Positions 39,001 to 50,341 of a stretch of 64,000 nucleotides of DNA are shown here, piece after piece (position 1 is the first letter of the stretch; each line of letters begins with the position of its first letter). Source of the DNA: Phoronis australis (lineage: Eukaryota > Animalia > Phoronida); assembly GCA_002633005.1 (NCBI GenBank), contig NMRA01000107.1:539169-603168 (forward strand), given 5' to 3'. Both the position numbers and the translations under genes were made by a program. The notes beneath the pieces are model-generated. The model made no database searches. It saw only the letters and a program-made list of their open reading frames with translations, and was not told where the DNA came from.

Positions 39001-42000
39001 ATCACTACAAAGTACACCATGAATAAAGAAAACCATTGAATCATTTAACAGTGTACACTTGTTGCCATAATATCAGTAAGTAGTCTTGCACTGGCAGAAA
39101 TCTACCCACATAGATAAGTCCCAGACCTTAATTTTGTGTGGTCAGGATGCAATCAAGTACAACAATATTGGTAAGTTCTGAAAATGCACTGTGCGCTTCA
39201 ACGGCATACTAACTTTAGGAATTTAAAGACAAAGCACTCAAATTGTTCATAAAACTATGTTAAACTCCTAATCCAAAACAGCAGGCACCTCAAAACTAGA
39301 ATCGTAACATGCACGGTGAATTGTATACTTATTTGAAGCAAATTTTACACATGACTAGCAGGAAATATTGATTGGTCAGGGTGCAATAACACTTACTGGT
39401 CAGGGTGCAATAACACTTACTGGTCAGGGTGCAATAACACTTACTGGTCAGGGTGCAATAACACTTACTGGTCAGGGTGCAATAACACTTACGGAATAGT
39501 GTAATTAGGGCAGCGCCTTCATTACAAGTATTTGCGATCGTCGGATTAGATGCTGAGATACATCCAGCTGAAAAACAGTTAGCCAAACACTTAGCATATG
39601 ATAGAAAGTGCTTCGTGATAAAAAGACGTACAACTTCATAGACTACACAAGTTCATTACCAAACAACTTTTCCTTAGACTTTGGTGTAATGTGTAGCAGT
39701 TGGTATGAGGTGAGAACTAGAAGCAATGTTTCATACATACAGTGGTACTGTTGTTACGAGTCATGCAGTGAGGACTGCTTGATGCGGGTTCCACTAAACA
39801 CAGTTCGTCATAACAACGTGACAGTATTGTCTAACTACAGGAATTTTAGCAATGTCACCCTTTAACTACAGAATGTGATTTGCTTTGTTAAAAAAAATAT
39901 TTCAATTTTTATGTTTAAAAACATAAAAATTTGAAATACAAAATTTGCTAGTATCCTTAACAGACTGCATGCAACACACACAAGCTTGTAATATCTCCTA
40001 TTTTCAGGCCACCCATTTAAAATTCAAAGATCATCCAAACATCCTAAGCACAATTCTACAATACTACTCACAGTCAGAATATGGTTACTTACTCTCTTTT
40101 GTCTGCAAAATATTTTTAGTTCTATAGAGGATGATATTGCAAGCATAGCAGTTCCTTTTCCTGAAAATAAACAGTGACAATATCAGACCATGAACGAGAT
40201 GGCATGGGTTAGTCAGGATGCTACACTGGTTCAATTCAGGTCCACTAAATGTCTTCAATATTATCAAGCGAATTGTTGCCGTCCAAAAAATATCAATTCA
40301 GATGGTACTGCTGTTATCCTACCTAATAGAAATAGAGAAACAAGGTGCACATCAGTGACTATCCAACCAATATCCACAAGGTGGACATCAGTGACTGACC
40401 AACCAACCACAGCTTTACAAGTTTGCTAGGCTCATTAACATTCCATGACACATCTTAATCAAACCAGTACTGCCATAGAGCAGGAGAAGATATTTCCTAA
40501 AACACTGTCAGAAGCATAGATTATTTGCACATGGAAATGCATCTTTCAAATGAGGTAGTTGTCTGGATTTGAGTGTATTTGTGTGTCGGATTTAACCAAT
40601 TGACCAGCACATTTTTGCAGGTACAGAAAAATCTCTGAAGAATGTTGAACATGAACACATATTGATCAAACACCAGAAATATGATGTTGAGTGTTGAGCA
40701 TGTGTTAACAGATCTTTACAGATCGAACACCAGTAACTTGATGTTGAGTGTCGAGCATATGTAAACACTTGTTGATCAAACACTAGTAATATGACGTTGA
40801 GTGTTGAGCATGAGTAAACACTTATTGATCAAACACCAGTAATTTGATGTTGAGTGTTGAGCATGCGTTAACATTTACTGATCAAACACCAGAAAATTGA
40901 TCAGTGTTATCGATCTCCACAATACCAATACGCAAATTTCTAGAGATCAGTATCAGTAGTCAACACTATAGTGTTAAAACATCTTTGATGGAGGTATTTA
41001 TGTGTTTCAAAAATGTACATTGAACTGGTCAGGTGTGACCTACTTATTAACACTTTGTAGGGCCTACATGAGAAAACCGCTGATCAATGTCTCACGAAAA
41101 AAAAAACTTACTTATTAACACTTTGTAGGGCCTACACGAGAAAACCGCTGATCACTGTCTCACGAAAAAAAAAACTTGTTGTTAAAAGCACGTGGCCAGG
41201 AAGCGCGCGCTACATGCATGTCACTTGACATTGTAGACATTAGTCTCCAGGAACTATTGATGAAACTACGCCGGGTAGCTATATCGGCAAGAAATAAATA
41301 TCGGGCACTAATTTCAGAAAGTTTCTACTGCCATAAAAACTGTTGCGTTGTTTTTAAGAGAGATTGCCTTATTAATCACTTTTTCAATGTATTCATAATT
41401 GGTGTTTGTAAAGTAAACTACCTGATAAAATGTCGCACTGATAGTGGACACCTCCGCCCCCGAATCTCCCGGAAAATAACTCAGACTGTCACACATCCAG
41501 TCACGCGGCAACTCAACGACATTCGGCCTTAGGCCTTACCGAGACAATTCCCGCACGTTTTATTAGTAGATGTGATCAGCAAGTGCTAAATAAAACCCGT
41601 TCTCGTGATACTGCTTGTGTTATTTCTTTAGTTACAATGCACACCTCCGACAAATGAATGCTGATGACACGCACGCGCTCGCTCACTCACACACGCAGAC
41701 AATCTTCAGAACAAATGTCACGTGACTACAACATGTGTGTTCGTCCAGAGATTTTTCTCACGTTGCTGGATACAATCTTGCACAGATTTAAACCTATCTT
41801 GTTCATAATACCGACTCCAAAGGAACTTAAAATCTTAGGGACGCTATTTGGAAAACTTAAGTGAGGACTTAAGGTATTTGTTGAGTCGAAACTTTATTTT
41901 TATTCAAGCTGCCCAGTCGACGATCGCTAAGCAGTGGCGCAAAAAGTCGCCCTGGTATTTCAGCACAATTTTCTGTAGAATGATTGTAATTTAACAATGA

Positions 42001-45000
42001 CGAAGTTTGATAGCAATGCGCCACAGTTTTGTTGTTTTATTGAAAGCCTGTCACAAGCTACAGATACGTTACATAGCGTAAATTTGATGAATCCTAGCTT
42101 CCAATTTCACCCGTTTTGGAGACCGGGTATCAACCGCCTTGGATTACAATAAGCGCCCCCGCACCGGGCGAATACGGTGCTATTTAACTGCCTCTTACTA
42201 AAGTGAACGATACATGTTTACTGGTGGTAAAATCGGGCTCTGATTAGATGCGGAGGGCTGCAGTACCAAGTCAGCCAAGGTCAACCTGGCACGGCAATTT
42301 TTAAACTCGACGCGCTTTCCCCAAACTAGACGCGGCAAAACCCAAACTCGTTACCGCGTCGAGTCATAACAGGTCGTGGAGAACACAGTTGATGTTGAGT
42401 GTTGAGCATGGGTAAACACTTACTGATCAAACACTAGTAACTTGACATCGGGTGGCTTCGTAGTGTCTTTGCTGTTATTCTGTTCTCTGAACTCTTGCAC
42501 TTCATAACACTCGCCGTCAACTTTGTCAGAGATAAACTTTTTATCATTGATATTGGTGAACCTGTCTTGGCCACCGACGCCGGCTGTAGAACTGGACCCC
42601 TGCAGGGTGTAGTAATCTCCACCGACGTGATCAGGAATGGTACATTTGGCTTCTGTGAACATAAACACAATCAAAATTGGAAGATGTGTTATATAACCGT
42701 GGCTATTCTAGTCATTTCCACTCCATAACTATAACGTAACACCTAACCAATTTTGGACATATAAATAAATAAATTCTCGAAAGTGTTTTCTTTTTACATT
42801 CTTTCAAAGTTTTTTAGCATTGCTCTGAATGTCCGCAATTTTTCAAATACTTTCTGATAGTTAGATATTAACTCAGTGCTTCATATCTTTAATGAAAAAT
42901 AGAGATTATACGATTTTATTTATTTGCATGGGCAAATCAACTGTCCATGTAAATGCTTGTTTTGTTCTTAAACATCCAACAATCCATCTCTCAATTTCTC
43001 AATTTAAAGTGGCAATAACCAAACGCCGATCCAGGATTTTGAGTTGGGGGGTGGGACGGGCCAGGGCATAGTATTAGCCAGGATTTTGCCCGTCAGACAT
43101 TCGCCCCCCCGAACTACCAAATGGAATCTGGGATAATTTTAGGGGAAGGGGCCCCCCCTCTAAATCCGCCACTGATAAACCCACGCCTTATGACAAAAAT
43201 CAAAGTTCGATTGATGTAGGCCAGTAATAATTACAAAGAATGATTTCTAGGCTTATGGCTTCACACCAGGCTAAAGAAGACACTTCAGGGAAATACCAGA
43301 CATTTTATTCCATTTCAGTCTGATCAAAGGATAGGAACACAGTGCCATGACCAGGAAGGGTAACCGTGCTTAAGAGAAAAGTTGTTTTCGACACAAGGTT
43401 TGTAGTGGCCTTAAGTGACCTGGGAGTCATCCTGGACGAGTATGATAATTTTGACAAGTGGAGAATACAGAATGACATCACATTGAACATTTCTAACAGA
43501 TTTGTTGGAAATTCATGTGATCTCCTCAAGTCATTTTTTAGTACTCAATTTTCCTGTCTAAAGAGATTTTAAGTCCCCATTTGAAAACCAAACATAAAGC
43601 AGCAATGAACACACTTTCCATCTATAATTTTGATTTAGTAGGTCTCAACTTGTTACAAGCTTACTCAGTCTTGCAAAAAAATGGCAGTCGAATTGGGTCT
43701 GACTTATTTTCAGAATGTCCGATTTATTTTACTTTAGTCCAGATACTCGCCAGATTCATTTCTGGGAATAGTGTAGACAGAATTCGCTCTCTTTTTCCCT
43801 CATGTTTGTTACAAACTTAACAGTTCAAGGCAAAAAAAAATCTGTTTGGAAGCTGTTCATTTTTTCTATCGTCGCTCAATTTGGGCCAAGGTTTGGTCGC
43901 CATACTCCAGAGATAAATTTTGTGCACGGCTGATTGTCAAAACATTCTGATAGAATTAGACATTTCAGGACAACTGTACAGAACCTAGAGAAGGTGATAG
44001 TCATTGCAGTGGCAAAATATCCAAGTGCGTAATTCTTCAAGAACGTGCTTGGGAAATCAACTGAAACACTGTTACCAGTAAATTTGGAGTCTAGCGATAA
44101 CAATCTGTTGGTACTTTCCAAGTCCAGAAATAACACGTACTTGCCGTTATAGTACGACAACAGGAAAAGACCAATTTCATAACAGTAAATTTTTATCAAA
44201 AATTGTTGGCAACAGCCAGATTTAAAAGTGATTTGAGAACTAGCTATACTCCTACTGGGACCCATCTATTACCAAATTGCTTTTAGTGATAGAAGTCAAG
44301 TTTATCACAGCCTCTGAAAAACCATGATACGTAGCTGATAAAGAGGCGACATAATGTCTGTTCTTAAAATGGACATGTAGGCTTAAACTCTGTCAAAAAA
44401 CCAAACTTTTGACTTGGACCACATTACACCGCAATAAAATTGGTTTCAACTTGTTCCTTACTCAGATGAAAAGTAATTTCCGGGTTTGCAAACAACTGAT
44501 AGTTTGTTATTACTTTAGACCATACTCGATACAGAAGTGACACACCACAACAGCCTGTACAGAGCACAGGCGTCCTCAGCTTCTGATTGTCCCCAATACA
44601 CTATATTGGGGACGATCAGAAGCTGTGGACGCCTGTGGTACAGAGCTGCCAGAATTTGAAGTCCTGAATCAACTTTAATTCGATTACGAAATAATTTGAG
44701 ACCAAATTAGTAATGGTAAGTAAGGGGTCTAAATCGAAAGTTTGTTTTAGTGATGGTAAGCGGGTTTTTTTCGTTATTGCCGCTTTTAGTCAAATATTGC
44801 ACAGTGTAATGCTGTAGTGCAGATGACATGTCGAATGGAGCCTCGATAGAAATAAGAAGGTCCTAAGGACTTGATATGATGCACCACCGACTGTCTAATT
44901 TCATTGAATGTTTAAAGAAACTGGGTCATTCGCTTTGCACTTGCACAGTTGAATTTTTGGAGGACGATGAGTCACCAGCCTCAGCATCATGGCACTATAC

Positions 45001-45376
45001 CTACACAGCTGCCTAATACCCACAGAGACTGACTGACACAAGCCCAGTCACAAACAAGGGTATGGCTTTCAGCCACCTCAAGACTAAGAGGCGTCTCCGT
45101 ATCAAAGACAAGTGTCTCAGAACAATGCATAGTAGTTTTATAACCGTGATACACAGCACATTTGAAACTAGGTCAGCTCAACTCAGCGACATTTGGAAAA
45201 CGTATAACGGTAGAAACGGTTATAAACTGGACTAACACCTATCAACAGGTGAGAAATGGAATTTGAAAAACAAATATGCAATATTTAGGCAGACAAGTTC
45301 ACTCACCACCACTAACAAAGTACAAAATGGAGACAAAAATAGAAAGAGTGAGCAACGCTCGCTCCTCAGCGGCCAT
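29852..45376 (-). CDS. 653-aa Cys-rich secreted/GPI-anchored protein, 13 exons; uncharacterised invertebrate family, possibly related to Drosophila Undicht (gene span)
   Basis: Exons 45376-45307, 42652-42424, 40160-40093, 39567-39493, 38947-38735, 37943-37834, 37271-37151, 36309-36016, 35257-35123, 32841-32596, 31781-31675, 31122-30981, 30003-29852 all have GT-AG sites and join in frame (1962 nt). Signal peptide; internal duplication (NCKGTFEGVWHF...YQCMGTW...KFRCF versus ECPIAGKYTF...LQCVGFW...PYRCW); hydrophobic C-terminus. AATAAA on the minus strand at 28852-28847. Confidence 0.9.
30981..31122 (-). CDS. Cys-rich surface protein, exon 12
   Basis: VFERENLRYIKMSRSLRSACDSRQ...ENERE; CAG / GTATGT. 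Confidence 0.88.
31675..31781 (-). CDS. Cys-rich surface protein, exon 11
   Basis: DVADNYLQCVGFWYENMKSVLITYDEEDSVSPYRCW; CAG / GTAATG. Confidence 0.88.
32596..32841 (-). CDS. Cys-rich surface protein, exon 10
   Basis: HPPAPVECPIAGKYTFVQ...CATVDQNGAPIGEY; CAG / GTACGT. Confidence 0.9.
33100..34870 (-). mobile_element. Degenerate interspersed repeat with internal ~150-bp units (possibly Helentron/DINE-like non-autonomous element)
   Basis: Repeated TGCCA(C/T)TAGG and CCAAATTTC motifs, GACGGACGGACAGAC microsatellite near 34845; the same motif family occurs in the opposite orientation at 56620-58000. Confidence 0.4.
35123..35257 (-). CDS. Cys-rich surface protein, exon 9
   Basis: GKPYRLTKEEKLGKNFMYRKYAEACSHQAFTHDQSNRQWMYSTLI; CAG / GTGAGT. 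Confidence 0.85.
36016..36309 (-). CDS. Cys-rich surface protein, exon 8
   Basis: VASYAQLNEISPTCNLPESFTGTWF...CFEFQERHHNIIRYRM; TAG / GTGAGT. Confidence 0.9.
36350..36835 (+). mobile_element. 5'-truncated LINE 3' end (ORF2 C-terminal Cys/His region plus simple-repeat tail)
   Basis: LAQLRAGSLPLHLETGRY...ERLCLCCDSGSVEDELHFVFD is the typical C-terminus of non-LTR ORF2 proteins; (TAATAC)n tail near 36805-36830. Confidence 0.8.
37151..37271 (-). CDS. Cys-rich surface protein, exon 7
   Basis: LTRLDQQTQDTTVRYTMSRTADCSVLLSEFDGPVKLVLKP; CAG / GTACAC. Confidence 0.85.
37834..37943 (-). CDS. Cys-rich surface protein, exon 6
   Basis: SIRYQCMGTWVDDATKNVYSAVADLGQEIWKNKFRCF; TAG / GTAAGT. Confidence 0.88.
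38735..38947 (-). CDS. Cys-rich surface protein, exon 5
   Basis: RKDLKIVNCKGTFEGVWHFSYE...YSYCPGIKSSKDQ; CAG / GTGAGT. Confidence 0.9.
39373..39492 (-). repeat. Perfect 24-bp x5 tandem repeat starting at the exon 4 splice donor
   Basis: Minus-strand unit GTAAGTGTTATTGCACCCTGACCA, five identical copies. Confidence 0.95.
39493..39567 (-). CDS. Cys-rich surface protein, exon 4
   Basis: TGCISASNPTIANTCNEGAALITLF; CAG / GTAAGT. Confidence 0.82.
40093..40160 (-). CDS. Cys-rich surface protein, exon 3
   Basis: QKRNCYACNIILYRTKNILQTKE; supplies the required phase 2 to phase 1 change; CAG / GTAAGT. Confidence 0.85.
40643..40901. repeat. ~53-bp tandem repeat (about five copies) derived from the exon 2/intron 2 junction
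   Basis: Unit GATCAAACACYAGTAAYTTGATGTTGAGTGTTGAGCATGNGTAAACACTTA; it continues at 42389-42447 beyond the inserted transposon. Confidence 0.85.
40902..42388. mobile_element. ~1.5-kb non-autonomous DNA transposon, copy 2 (inverted relative to 11133-12666)
   Basis: Ends CAGTGTT...CTCCAC / GTGGAGAACACAG; TTGAT on both sides; contains an internal ~67-bp duplication at 41042-41177. Confidence 0.85.
42424..42652 (-). CDS. Cys-rich surface protein, exon 2
   Basis: EAKCTIPDHVGGDYYTLQ...DGECYEVQ...KLLVFD; CAG / GTAAGT. Confidence 0.9.
44565..44637. mobile_element. 73-bp hairpin MITE with 8-bp TSD (P-element- or hAT-like)
   Basis: Arms CACAGGCGTCCTCAGCTTCTGATTGTCCCCAATA / TATTGGGGACGATCAGAAGCTGTGGACGCCTGTG; GTACAGAG at 44557-44564 and 44638-44645. 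Confidence 0.85.
45307..45376 (-). CDS. Cys-rich surface protein, exon 1 (signal peptide)
   Basis: CAAAATGG start; MAAEERALLTLSIFVSILYFVSG; phase-1 G|GTGAGT. Confidence 0.85.
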
Positions 45377-45941
45377 TTTGTTTATCGTTGAAGCGCCCTC
45401 GAAAATGGGTCACTTTGCAGGTAGTAAATTCACAGGTGAGAATTGATGTCAAAGTTTGTATTCTCCAATCTGAGATAATATGTAAGATAATAACAGTTAT
45501 GAAATGAAAATTTTATAGTTACAAATTGTTTTTTGGCGTAGAAACCTTTCATTGTGCATACTTATTGACAAAAATAATAATTACTCATCTTTGAGTCACT
45601 TCAAAATCATTCTGAACCAGCAAGGGAGATAATTTCGTAAAATCCCTCTTCCAGTGTCCATCACACCCAACTCACGGCCGTCAGGACGTTCTCGCTGAGC
45701 ACCCGTTTAGGCCTACCACACAGACTTAGGAAATAATATTGGTCTTTAGCTCAGACTTATTTTTAACTCCGAGACACCTCATTTCACTGACTAGTCCCGT
45801 CAGTGAATATTTTTTCGGTTTCGTAGTCATTTGAAAAATGAATAGCTAAGAGAATATAGCCCGGCGCACGTGCCGGCGACCGTACCGCACGAAGTACGCC
45901 TAACAAAGTAAAATCGAGTCAAGATACAAACAGCACATGCG

Positions 45942-46123
45942 TACGGTGACCCAAAGCTGACATTGAAAACTAACATTACAAAAACTCACTTTTCACTGCG
46001 GAAAAATCACTTTTCTCGGCCTCAAGAGGCAAAACTTTAAGCCGCTGACGGAGAAAAGCTTCTCTTCGCGGAAAAAGTGATTTTTTCGTAATGTTATTTT
46101 AGTTTCAGTGTTGGGCCACTGTA
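45942..46123. mobile_element. ~180-bp palindromic Tc1/mariner-type MITE
   Basis: TA-CGGTGACCCAA ... TTGGGCCACTG-TA with extended imperfect inverted arms. Confidence 0.6.
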
Positions 46124-49100
46124 AATTAATCCTTTTACTCTAATAAAAACGGTCTTGTTCCTTACCATCATCGACAGATTTCCGGCGCGATTTCCAAGAG
46201 CCCGCACCTGGCGAGACTTTTTCAGTGCTACGCTGCATAGTAGTCTCAGGTGATGCTACACAGGGGGACTGAGGGGGGGGGGAGCTTTAGCCTTTTTTCA
46301 GAGCTGCACCGCCCATTGCCAAGGCCTGGGCACAGATGTACTTGTTAATTGGCAAACGACAGAGCAAGGAAGACCGCCACGGGGTGTTCGCCGAGTGAAG
46401 TCCCCAACCCATGAATGTCCTGTCCGTTTTGCGTTAACCAGTGATAACCTGTTACGGTTCATGCCAGTTAGCTCTTCAACAATATCGGAAAACTTTGTAT
46501 AAGATTGCCAGTACGCGGAATATTGTGAACTTTCGTCTTCACTGAGAATGATTTGAAGACAATAAACCGAAACAATCTGTCGATCATTTAGGTCTACATT
46601 ATGCGCTGGTTTTAAAGTCCGTACAATTTTGGTGAAAAACGAATGTGATCATGATACTGAATGGCAAGGCTTGGAAAAATAAACTTTAACATGAAAAATG
46701 TTTTACATTTCATTTACAGGCTAATTAAGTAACTGTTGTTTACGCCATGATTATTTTTAAGATTGGACTACTGTGTCGCCTGGTCGGTAGCCCGGGAGGA
46801 GACTTTTTCACCGACTCAATCAATTAAGAAAACGACAGACGACTTGGAAATACGAAATAAATTATACATCCAATTCATAATTTATTTATTTGAAAATGAT
46901 TTTAACATTTAGACTGGGGTGGTTAGTAGACAACAGCTCAGTTCACAAGGGCTAAGCCGGGTTCCCTCGATTTTGCCCTGCTGAAAATGATTTCGATTGT
47001 GAAGTCTTCTGTGCTTTTGTTCTCACAACACATGACGAAATGCAATACCTGATTTTGCGGATATGGCACGATACAAAGGGTAGAGTGAAAACTCCGTCGA
47101 TCGCCGCATTCAAGTTAATCGTACCACTGTTGGATTTGCGCAATAAACACATGCATCACTTTGTAAATTTTATAGTTCTCCTCAACTTTTTTTCTTTTCA
47201 AGGGAACTAAACGCGAGTCAACCCCACACTCCAGAATTCCCGGCCGCAATGGACTTTTGAGGAAGTTCCCCCGACCGGGCTCACGGCGTATATATATGCA
47301 ATGACCAGTACGCGGTCGGTCCGCGCGGGCAGGGCTCGGACACCACTTGGTCAAATCTGTACCATCGGCTCGATTGACAAATCCACCGCTTTGGGAATCT
47401 TTAGCGTTTGTCTGAGGCTGGAATTGATTACTTCGTCGGATGTCGCGGTGTTCCTGGAGCAATCACGGCACCGCAGGCACTGGTGCGTGTTCTTGCATTT
47501 GAAATGAGGCGCGCACTGGCTTGAGATAAAACATGCTTTTGTTTATTGTATCGAGGCCATGTGCAGACTTTTTCTGTACATTTGTATAGGCCATGAGTAA
47601 ATTTGAAGTACCCGCGATCAGCCTGGGCATTGACAAACCACGATATTTTTCATTCGGCGTACGCAAAGAAATGAAATTTGGACCAAAGTTATCAATTTTG
47701 CATATAAATTACCAAAATACTGAGAATTAAAAATAACCAAACAAAATAACAACACATTTGCGCTCACGGTGATAACAATACGTTTCGCAAGAAAATGTCG
47801 GTCGTCTAAGTTGCGGCGAAACCTGCCTGTTGTTTTTGTATCATGTTGAGATCAAAGTCAAGCACACTGCACTCACTTGACACCTGCGACTTACATACTC
47901 ACTAGGTGTCGCCACAATCCAATAATCGTAATCACAAGACACAAGATGTTGTTGGTAAGCTGGTAAGTTGTCTGTGCAGTATTCATAGTGTTAAAAGAAT
48001 GCATATTGCCATTAAGTATCATAGGCAGTAAAGAGTTTGTTAGAAAGTGTAGGAATGAAAAAGTACTACGCAAAATCGAAAAGGGACACGTCGTCAGCAG
48101 CCACTGCCTGGCTGACAAGTGACAGCTGATGATAAATCAAGTACGTAAGTCGTAAGTCGGTCATTCCATACGAAATAGGACCTTTCCGATTCACTTCCCT
48201 GCAAACGAGTTCATTTTATGGGTTAGGAACTTCATAAAAGAGTTCATTTTTATCACTCTGGAGCAGGGTAGAATTGGAACTTTTATTCGGCATCAAACCC
48301 TTGAGGCTTGACCAGCAGCACCTGAGCACCGTTACGAAGTCGGACCTGCTAGCTGTATCATGAAGCCAGCCGACTACAGGCAGCTTTTTGCCTTGGCCTC
48401 TTATAGAGAATTTTGAGAGTTCAGGTTTCATTACGTACATTCTAGAGGCCTTTCTGACTTGATTCCAGCACCATGTGCAAACCCCATAGCATTGGTGGCT
48501 TTATGGGGGGGGGGGGGTCAGTGGGAGGTCTTGCAGGGCCGTAGGNTTATTATTAGTAGACATATTTTTTCATATAATTCAAAACGTACCTAGTGGTTGC
48601 AGTAGTTCATTTTACAGCGTTGATATATACACCCCAGTGCAACGCAGTGGTTTCGAAATTAGAAGTTACGTATCGACCAGGGTCGGTGCCCCCCAATAAT
48701 TTTTACCTTCCTACGGGCCTGTCTTGAGCCACTTTTTGAGCTTGTACGGATGTGGAGTGTATCTGGTGTATTAATATTGGGTTTATTTAGAAAAACTTAA
48801 ATTACTTACAGTGTGATGCAATAACTAACATACAATTAGTGACAAGGGTTAAAAATGGCTAGATGAAATCTGATGCAAAGTTAATGCCGTAACTTTGTTA
48901 CTTGAAAGCTGGAGAAAGACACAAAAATGACATTTATCATTGTTTTCCACTTAAACGGGCAAGGTGAGTGTCGGCTGACTCTCACATTTTGCATACACCC
49001 TCGCGTGCAGTTGTTAGCTCTGATACGATGAAACTTTCACCTCAAGGTAAAGGAGAACTATATACCCAGGTGGTATGGAATTTCAAGATCTACAGTTAAC

Positions 49101-49288
49101 AATGGTTCCTAGCTGTATTTTGACATTAGTCTTCATATAGCTAGCAGACCGGCTAACTAGACCCGTGCTCTCTGTCAAAAAAACAAGACTTGATTTAAGC
49201 CACTTACTATTATGAAGTGGCATCAGATTGTTCCATCGGTAAAATTAGAGAGGATTTCAGGGTTTTGAAATAACAAATTGTTACTTAA

Positions 49289-50341
49289 AGGCAAAGGCAA
49301 CCTTTTTTCATGTTAGTTTTAGCAAAAATTAATTACAGCTCTTTGTACCGTCCTCCACTCTGGAAGTGACGTTAGTGGGAGGCAAGAATTTTTGCGCCAA
49401 TTTATTCTTTTCATACAGACCGACTCATTACGGCGTTCTTCTGTTCAGTGACTTTACCAGACGTAGAGGGTTGTGAGTGTATGATAACATCTAGCTCCTT
49501 TGTTAACTGTCAAGCACAATCTTTTGTCTGGTATGACATCAGGCAGGCCAATTATCTACAGACCATGTGTGAACAGTCAAACCCAGGGCAAATTTGAAAA
49601 TTCGGAAAGAATAGATTGTCGTAACTTCGGTTGTAGTTGCGTGATTTTGGCGATTCAAAAACTAAACATGATCAGCATTTGACGAGGAATTCAGAAATAC
49701 TATTGATTTATGTTCAAATGTGTTATAACATAACTTTTATTTTTAACAGCACATCAGTCTGGGCTAGATGTGATCGTATTAGAGGTTAAAGCAATTATCG
49801 AACAAAGGAGAGCTGGACCTCCAACTGTAAATGTCAGAATGGAGCTAATCAGTCGTGTAAGATATTGGCTAATGGCGTCATCTTCCCAACTTGTTGTCGG
49901 GCTATAGAATCGAACAAGTTAGGATCAACAGAAAAACGCCGTAATGTGTGAGAGGTGCTGAGTCAGTCATTACTCTACCTTGGTTGTGATAAGTTCGGTC
50001 ATCGTTTGTTGTTCCTCTGTCCGTAAGACGATAATGAGTACATCCCGGTACGCAGCAACAGTGTGGCATGTTGACTGACTTGTAAACAAAAGTAAATGAC
50101 GACCGAACTTATCACAACCTAGGTAGAACAATGACTGACTGGACAGCTCTCACAGTCGGACTATATGAAAAGAAATTGGCTCAAAATTCTTGCCTCCCAA
50201 AACGTCACTTCCGGACTCCGGAGTGGAGGACGAATAATTAATTAAATTTTGAAAAGCTGTAATTAAGTGAAAAATATGACTGGCATAATCAATGAACCTT
50301 ATTTTTGGTAAAAATGACAAGAAAAAATGTTGCCTTCCCCT
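49289..50341. mobile_element. Fold-back non-autonomous element with TTAA TSD (Kolobok-like) carrying a nested MITE
   Basis: TTAA|AGGCAAAGGCAAC ... GTTGCCTTCCCCT|TTAA; long inverted arms (49348-49425 vs 50155-50232; 49947-50010 vs 50094-50154). Confidence 0.75.
49426..49946. mobile_element. ~520-bp MITE, copy B (nested)
   Basis: Ends CATTACGGCGTT / AACGCCGTAATG; homologous to 15239-15770; splits the host palindrome arm. Confidence 0.8.

Noticed and set aside
39373-39492. CRISPR-like array (also considered for 40643-40901 and 1250-2010)
   Set aside because: Head-to-tail repeats without unique spacers, eukaryotic context, no cas genes.
43270-44300. LINE reverse-transcriptase fragment (DLGVILDEY motif; 129-aa minus ORF)
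   Set aside because: One short motif with many stops and no other RT motifs; too weak to call.
48546-48546. Single ambiguous base (n)
   Set aside because: Assembly ambiguity or gap marker, not biology; local contiguity should be treated with caution.
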